Shown: positions 59,600 through 64,000 of the stretch, one piece after another
How the letters are laid out: every line of letters begins with the position of its first letter
Position numbering within the stretch: position 1 is the first letter of the stretch
NCBI GenBank assembly: GCA_963845535.1
Contig: CAWJSK010000023.1
Span: forward strand, 1 to 64,000
Source: an uncultured Spirochaetota bacterium
GTDB lineage: Bacteria > Spirochaetota > Spirochaetia > SZUA-6 > Fen-1364
Length of the DNA: 64,000 bases
Direction of reading: 5' to 3'
Translations under genes and position numbers: made by a program
The notes under the pieces: model-generated
The model's input: the letters and a program-made list of their open reading frames with translations, nothing else
Told to the model about the DNA's origin: nothing
Database searches by the model: none

Positions 59600-61015
59600 T
59601 TACGCCGCGCTGGGCGTAGGGGCGAGGTTCAGGCGCCGCAGCCAGGCCAGGTAGTCGCGTTCCACGCGCTGCCAGCGCCTGTTCAGGGCGTGCGCGTAGA
59701 CCCCCACGAGGAATCCGCCGACTCTCCCTCGCAGGAGGCGGGCAACGACCCGCATGAGCGCATAGAACCTCGTGTGCGCGTCAATCTGGGCGCGCTGCAG
59801 CTCCCACGGGGTAAAGCCCCGGGGCACGAACTTCACGTGGTGGGCGTCGAAGGTGTCCCATTCCGTGTCGAGGAGCCTGCCTTCTTCGAGCATACGGGCG
59901 TAGAAGCCGGAACCGGGAAGCGGAGTCAGGATCATGAACTGCGTCGAGTCGATTTTTTCGGCAATGGCGAAATCAACGGTGGCCCGGGCGCTGTCCGGGG
60001 TGTCCGAATCGAAGCCGAACACGAACATCCCGTGCACGTGAATCTTGCGCTTCCTGACCTCGCGGATGGCGAACCGGATGTCCTCCACCGACTGGCTCTT
60101 TTTCATTTCCTTCAGCGCCTTCGGGTCCACTGACTCGAAGCCTATGTACAGCGACGTGCACCCCGCCTTCACCATCAGGTCGAGCATTTCCGGATCTTTG
60201 GCGATGTCGGATCGCACCTGCGTGGACCATTCGAAGCCCAGATTGCGCCGTATCATCTCCCGCAGCAGCTCCTTCGTTTTTCGGGGGTTGGCGGCAAAGT
60301 TATCATCATAGAAGAAAATGATATTCTCGCTCGGGTTGTACTGGCTGAGCTCTGCAATGACGTTCTCCGTGGACCGATGGCGGTATCGTTTGCCGAACAT
60401 GCCCGTGACCGAGCAGAAGGTGCAGTCGAAAGGGCAGCCTCGCGAGGTCTGCATGGGGATGGTGGAGCGGCCCGGCCCCTGTATGCCCATTTTCGAAAGC
60501 GAGCCCATGTCGAGCAGGGAGAAATCAGGAAACGGCAGCGAATCCAGGTCCTCCACCGGAGGCGCCTTGGGATTTTGGCGCACCGTTCCGTTGTCCCTCC
60601 AGACAAGGCCCGGCACGTCGGCGAAAGAGCCGTTCCCGTTCAAGGCTTCGGCGAGGAGCGGGAAACCCGCCTCTCCTTCGCCGACAATGACGTAGTCTCC
60701 GTGCTCAAGCGCCTCTTCGGGAAGGAAGCTCGCGTGCGGGCCGCCGTAGACCACGAGCTTTCCCTGCGCGCGGAACATGTCTCCCAGCTCATAGGCGCCG
60801 CGGGCGGTCGGCGTGATGGTGGAGATTCCCACCAGGTCCGCATCCGTCTGCCGGGCGCGCACCTCGTCGGTCTCCATGTAGAGCGCTTCGCTCTGATACC
60901 CACGCTCCTTCATGATCGTGGCCAGGAGAACGCCGCCAAGACGGGGCATCGGGTATTGGGAATAGATGTGCAAGTGAGCATTCTTGGGCTCGATCATGGT
61001 GATTTTCTTTATCAT
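59600..61015 (-). CDS. B12-binding domain radical SAM protein
   Basis: N-terminal cobalamin-binding-like domain (GGPHAS), SRGCPFDCTFC, DDNF, GFES, TPLPGS. Confidence 0.92.
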   Translation of the reverse strand: MIKKITMIEPKNAHLHIYSQYPMPRLGGVLLATIMKERGYQSEALYMETDEVRARQTDADLVGISTITPTARGAYELGDMFRAQGKLVVYGGPHASFLPEEALEHGDYVIVGEGEAGFPLLAEALNGNGSFADVPGLVWRDNGTVRQNPKAPPVEDLDSLPFPDFSLLDMGSLSKMGIQGPGRSTIPMQTSRGCPFDCTFCSVTGMFGKRYRHRSTENVIAELSQYNPSENIIFFYDDNFAANPRKTKELLREMIRRNLGFEWSTQVRSDIAKDPEMLDLMVKAGCTSLYIGFESVDPKALKEMKKSQSVEDIRFAIREVRKRKIHVHGMFVFGFDSDTPDSARATVDFAIAEKIDSTQFMILTPLPGSGFYARMLEEGRLLDTEWDTFDAHHVKFVPRGFTPWELQRAQIDAHTRFYALMRVVARLLRGRVGGFLVGVYAHALNRRWQRVERDYLAWLRRLNLAPTPSAA

Positions 61016-61062
61016 TTCCCCCTCCGGTTAACTAGAACGCAGTCGATTAGGTTCGTTTAGCA

Positions 61063-61094
61063 GACAACATATACGTATACGTATGGTTTGTCAA
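61063..61094 (-). promoter_or_regulatory. sigma70 promoter overlapped by a palindromic operator
   Basis: TTGACA-N17-TATGTT; palindrome GACAA-cat-ATACGTATACGTAT-ggt-TTGTC. Confidence 0.7.
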
Positions 61095-61123
61095 GAGACA
61101 CGGAGAGGGGGGAGAAGAAAAAG

Positions 61124-62062
61124 CTATTTCTGATCGATGATGACCCGCACGCCTTCGACGATCTTTTCCGTGCTTTTCGACACGGCCAGGAGGCTCTTGG
61201 AGATCTCTTCCAGGTTCTTCACCGTGGCATCGAGGCTCTGCGACACCTGGGGGGAGCTCAGCGTGGAGATGACGGACTTCTGCGAGGTCAACTCGGTGAC
61301 CGCCCCTTGGATCTGGGCGGAAGTCTGGCGGATGTTCTTCATGGAAGCGGCAAGATCATCCGAGCTGGAGTCCAGGTTGGTTTCCATTCTCGCCACCAGC
61401 CGGTGAGTGGTGACGGCTACGTCGTCCACGGTGGCCTGAAGCTGATCCACGGAGGTGGCGATCTGGTTGGCAAGCTTCGGGACCGAGTCCGTGAGCTGGA
61501 CCGCCCTGTCCGTGACGATGCGCACGTTCTCCGCCGTCTTCTGGACGTCGCGGATGGTGGAATCCAAAGCGCCCTGATTCTTCTTCAGCATCCCGACGAT
61601 ATCCTTGATGCTCGAAGCGACGTCCGACACCATTCCCATTGTGTCCCCGCCAAGGAGGTCGGTGAGGCTGAAGAACGGCTGGCCCTCGAAAAGCTGCCCT
61701 TCCTTGGCCGGCGGAGCGTCGATGGGCCCCGGGTGCTGCTCGATATAGACGTCCCCCAGGATGCCCTTGGAAACGAGGGCGAACTGGTCGGACTGGCGCA
61801 CGATCTGCGCGGGCTTGAAAGTCAGCGTCACGATCACGGTCTTCTCATCCGGCGCCGGGGTCAGCGCGGTGACGGAGCCGACCTTGATTCCCGCCTTCCT
61901 GACCCAGGCTCCCGTGTTCAGGTCCCCGATGCTCGGGAAGTGCACGCGCACGGAGATCCCGTGACTGAACTGGAAGTTGTTCATGAGCAGAAAGAGGAAC
62001 GTTGCGGTTGCCAGCGCGACGATGACGATGACGATGACCCGGATGATCTTATTGGCCTTCAC
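61124..62062 (-). CDS. mlaD: MlaD/MCE family protein
   Basis: TM helix, F...GDL..GA.V..AGIKVGSV, GILGDVYIE, helical tail. Confidence 0.9.
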   Translation of the reverse strand: MKANKIIRVIVIVIVALATATFLFLLMNNFQFSHGISVRVHFPSIGDLNTGAWVRKAGIKVGSVTALTPAPDEKTVIVTLTFKPAQIVRQSDQFALVSKGILGDVYIEQHPGPIDAPPAKEGQLFEGQPFFSLTDLLGGDTMGMVSDVASSIKDIVGMLKKNQGALDSTIRDVQKTAENVRIVTDRAVQLTDSVPKLANQIATSVDQLQATVDDVAVTTHRLVARMETNLDSSSDDLAASMKNIRQTSAQIQGAVTELTSQKSVISTLSSPQVSQSLDATVKNLEEISKSLLAVSKSTEKIVEGVRVIIDQK

Positions 62063-62807
62063 TGACCTTCTCCTGGCGGATTCTCTCGCGGTTTTCGATG
62101 AAATGCTCGTAGACGGGCGAACCTTCCCGAAACGCCTCTTCCCGCGTCATGAACGCGACAATGCGGCCATCCTCCAGCAGCGCGATCCGGTCCGCGATGT
62201 AGCGCGTGAGATCGATGTCATGCGTGACGACGAGGGAGGTGATGTACCGCTCGGATTGCAGGCGCATGATCATGGCTTCAACGACAGCGGAGGAGGACGG
62301 GTCGAGCCCCGCGGTGGGCTCGTCGTACAGGAGGTAGCGCGGCTCCAGGATCATGGCGCGGGCAACGGCAACCTTTCGCTTCATGCCGCCGGAGAGCTCC
62401 CGCGGCATGGCGTTGGCGTAGTCTCCCATCCCCACGAGGTCCAGGTACGCAAAGACCTTGCGGTGGATCTCCTTGGGAGGGTGGAGCTTGTGGTAGGACA
62501 GCGGGAAGGCCACGTTCTCGAACACGGTCATTGAGTCGAACAGCGCGCCTTCCTGGAAAAGCATTCCCGTCTTGCGCCGGATGCGAGGCATGTCCTTGCG
62601 CTCCGCGCCCACCACCTCGTCTCCGTCGATCGTGATGCTGCCCTCCTGGGGGGGGAGGAGGCCGGTGATGCACTTCAGGAGGACCGATTTTCCGATTCCG
62701 CTCGCCCCAATGACAACCGTCGTGAGAGACTCTTCAATGGTCAGGTCCAGGTCCCGAAGGACCGACCTCGACGGGAACCCGAACGTAAGCTCGCGGATGT
62801 TTATCAC
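62049..62807 (-). CDS. mlaF: MlaF-like ABC transporter ATPase
   Basis: GASGIGKS, FQEGALFDS, LSGGMK, YDEPTAGLDP, VTHD. Confidence 0.93.
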   Translation of the reverse strand: MINIRELTFGFPSRSVLRDLDLTIEESLTTVVIGASGIGKSVLLKCITGLLPPQEGSITIDGDEVVGAERKDMPRIRRKTGMLFQEGALFDSMTVFENVAFPLSYHKLHPPKEIHRKVFAYLDLVGMGDYANAMPRELSGGMKRKVAVARAMILEPRYLLYDEPTAGLDPSSSAVVEAMIMRLQSERYITSLVVTHDIDLTRYIADRIALLEDGRIVAFMTREEAFREGSPVYEHFIENRERIRQEKVSEGQ

Positions 62808-63586
62808 ATCTGGCTCCAGCCCGTGAGCTGGTCCATGACTCCGTAGAGGCAGTCGATGCAGATCACGAAGATGAAGTTGAGCACGATGGACTTCGTGGTT
62901 GTCCGGCCCAGCTCCACGGCGCCTCCGGTGAAGTGGAACCCCAGCCCGCAGGCGTTGATCGAGATGAAGAACGCCATGATGGCTGAGCGGATGTACGAGT
63001 TGGTGAGGATGGGATAGCGGAGGATCTGGAAGACGTGCTGGAGGAAGATCGTGTAGGACACGTCGAACCACCACCGCACCGCCACCATGGCGGCAACGAT
63101 GGCCGCCCCCTGGCTGATCATGTTGAGGATGACGAGGCAGATGATGGAGGCCAGGACGCGCGGGATGACGATGTGCTGCACCGGCTCCACCGCCATGAGC
63201 CGCAGGGCGTCCAACTGCCCGCTCATCTGCATGGAACCGATCTCCACGGTGAAGGCCGTCCCGATCTTGGCCGCGAAAATGAGGCCCCCGAACATGGTCA
63301 CGGCTTCCGAGAGCAGCAGGTAGACGGTGGCCGCGCCGGTCCAGTTCACGACGCTGAACTTCAGGCCGTTCCAGCCCGCGGTCCACGCCATGATCAGGCC
63401 GATCACGACGGCAGTGACGGTTGTCACCGCGGCCGCGTCCAGCATGACGAGCACGATCTGATTGCCGAGCTGGCGCACGGGGAAGGGCTCCCGGAAAAGC
63501 CAGTAAAAGAAGTTTCCGTACATGCTGGCCGCCGATTTGCCGGCGTGCAGCCATTCTCCCGTTGCCTCGTTCTTTTCCCGTGCCAT
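62804..63586 (-). CDS. mlaE: MlaE family ABC permease (divergent)
   Basis: KIGTAFTVEIGSM....QLDAL, VIPR, GGAVELGRTTTKSIV. Confidence 0.88.
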   Translation of the reverse strand: MAREKNEATGEWLHAGKSAASMYGNFFYWLFREPFPVRQLGNQIVLVMLDAAAVTTVTAVVIGLIMAWTAGWNGLKFSVVNWTGAATVYLLLSEAVTMFGGLIFAAKIGTAFTVEIGSMQMSGQLDALRLMAVEPVQHIVIPRVLASIICLVILNMISQGAAIVAAMVAVRWWFDVSYTIFLQHVFQILRYPILTNSYIRSAIMAFFISINACGLGFHFTGGAVELGRTTTKSIVLNFIFVICIDCLYGVMDQLTGWSQM

Positions 63587-63689
63587 GCAGCGCAGAATAG
63601 TAGTAACGTGGCGAAGGGGTGTCAAGGATTGGCACGCGTCGCGCACCGCGCGCCTTGACAACGGGAGGGCATCACGCGAAACTCCACCG

Positions 63690-64000
63690 ATGCTCTCTCA
63701 CGGCGCCGTGGACCTCCTGTCGAAGGCACTTTCAAGTCCGGTGTTCCTTTCCGCCTTCTCCAGCTGGTTCATTGCGCAGGTGTTGAAGTCATGCATCATG
63801 CTCGTGCGCAACAGGCCGCGCACGGCCAAAGAGATACTCCTCAACATCTTCTGGTCCACGGGAGGCATGCCGAGCAGCCATTCCGCCGTTGTCTCCTCTC
63901 TTGCCACCGCCGCGGCCTTCGTGGAGGGCGTCGATTCCACGCTGTTCATCGTGACGCTCTTCTACGCGCTTCTCACGTTCCGTGACGCGCTGGGAGTGCG
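63690..64000 (+). CDS. divergent PAP2 family (DUF212) membrane protein, 3' end outside the window
   Basis: My translation from ATG 63690 gives …WFIAQVLK…TGGMPSSHSA…RDALGV. Not present in the supplied ORF track. Confidence 0.88.
   Translation, partial: MLSHGAVDLLSKALSSPVFLSAFSSWFIAQVLKSCIMLVRNRPRTAKEILLNIFWSTGGMPSSHSAVVSSLATAAAFVEGVDSTLFIVTLFYALLTFRDALGV

Overview
GC-rich bacterial chromosomal window, most likely from a free-living spirochaete (Spirochaetota). The evidence is gene content and the spirochaete-type PilZ, Maf, PpiD/SurA and TPR proteins. Most of it is housekeeping: tilS (partial), ftsH, an HtrA-type protease, lepA, a ttcA-like gene, mutL, PBP1A, aroA/aroB, hisS, pcnB, two MlaEFD clusters, tRNA-Asp(GTC) and tRNA-Pro(CGG). 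Notable items: (1) an outer-membrane operon (24.5-33.2 kb) with a ~1650-aa protein carrying motifs resembling the T9SS translocon SprA, followed by two paralogous beta-barrel proteins, one fused to a FecR domain, and no other T9SS genes in the window; (2) an unannotated ~100-nt structured RNA candidate (42592-42690, minus strand) with a C-rich anti-Shine-Dalgarno loop, its own terminator and a sigma28-like promoter; (3) a ~2.3-kb integrase-less islet between direct repeats of the tRNA-Asp 3' end, carrying hicB-hicA-hicB' and a secreted protein; (4) a pore-less voltage-sensor/HAMP membrane protein; (5) several apparently leaderless genes and a likely AUC start on a ClpX paralogue. At least six single-base frameshifts, mostly in homopolymers, look like assembly errors. 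All family assignments come from motif recognition by eye; no database searches were run.
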